The notes beneath the pieces were generated by a model that saw nothing but the letters and a program-made list of their open reading frames with translations, was not told the DNA's origin and ran no database searches. A stretch of 52,491 nucleotides of DNA, taken from NCBI GenBank assembly GCA_937895785.1, contig CALBKW010000070.1, forward strand, positions 1 through 52,491, given 5' to 3'. Origin of the DNA: an uncultured Candidatus Melainabacteria bacterium. GTDB lineage: Bacteria > Cyanobacteriota > Vampirovibrionia > Gastranaerophilales > Gastranaerophilaceae. Below, piece after piece: positions 52,367-52,491 of the stretch (within the stretch, counting starts at the first letter, position 1; every line of letters begins with the position of its first letter). A program made the translations under genes and the position numbers.

Positions 52367-52491
52367 ATGCCAAAAACAACAACTAAGAAGGCTTCTACAA
52401 AAAAGACTTCTAACAAACAAAATGATGTTGAAAAATTAGAAAAAGCATACAATGCATCTAATTTAGTAGATAGTGTTGAATCATTTGAAGC
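52367..52491 (+). CDS. 5' end of a gene encoding a Lys/Thr-rich N-terminus; product not identifiable
   Basis: SD AAAGGAG 8 nt upstream. MPKTTTKKASTKKTSNKQNDVEKLEKAYNASNLVDSVESFE.. runs off the window. Confidence 0.6.
   Translation, partial: MPKTTTKKASTKKTSNKQNDVEKLEKAYNASNLVDSVESFE

Noticed and set aside
1-52491. CRISPR arrays, rRNA, tmRNA, RNase P RNA, insertion sequences, prophage, toxin-antitoxin or known defence-system genes
   Set aside because: I looked for regularly spaced direct repeats, transposase, integrase, reverse-transcriptase and nuclease-like ORFs and conserved RNA cores. None was found by eye. Small or divergent elements could still be missed without covariance-model or HMM searches.

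Overview
AT-rich (roughly one-third G+C by eye) bacterial chromosomal segment, about 90% coding on both strands. I support 50 protein-coding genes (2 cut by the window edges), 2 tRNAs (Gly-UCC and Lys-UUU, both on the - strand), 14 hairpin terminators and 8 promoter-like sites. I saw no rRNA, CRISPR array, transposase, integrase or phage genes. Most content is core: GH57/GH38 glucan enzymes, folate genes (folK, folE2, folP), tRNA modification and salvage (trmFO, miaA, yhhQ), ribosomal S20/S16, pth, aroQ, gcvPB, wecB- and neuA-type sugar-nucleotide enzymes, an LCP protein, LemA, two sigma-70-family factors and a histidine kinase/response regulator pair. There is also a type IV pilus/T2SS-type operon (GspC/PilP-like protein, secretin, PilB, PilC) and an unlinked prepilin. 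Lineage cannot be established here; the gene mix fits a diderm such as a non-photosynthetic cyanobacterial relative (Vampirovibrionia/Melainabacteria), but that is a low-confidence guess. Items most worth a second look: (1) two paralogous long coiled-coil proteins (3724-6660), each its own transcription unit behind a near-consensus sigma-28/SigD-type promoter with a conserved leader, next to an AMIN-like membrane protein and a prepilin; (2) an HK-RR operon ending in a PilB paralogue that keeps Walker A but has lost the Asp box, Walker B acidic residues and His box; (3) both tRNAs have unusual flanks: a tandem 97-98 bp duplication containing sense and antisense pieces of tRNA-Gly, and a ~110-nt structured leader on tRNA-Lys; (4) small paralogue pairs of unknown function (VAF[KR]GG proteins, tandem secreted proteins, an RWYD-repeat protein); (5) an orphan gcvPB translationally coupled to an alternative sigma factor. 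All family calls come from motif recognition by eye; no database search was possible.
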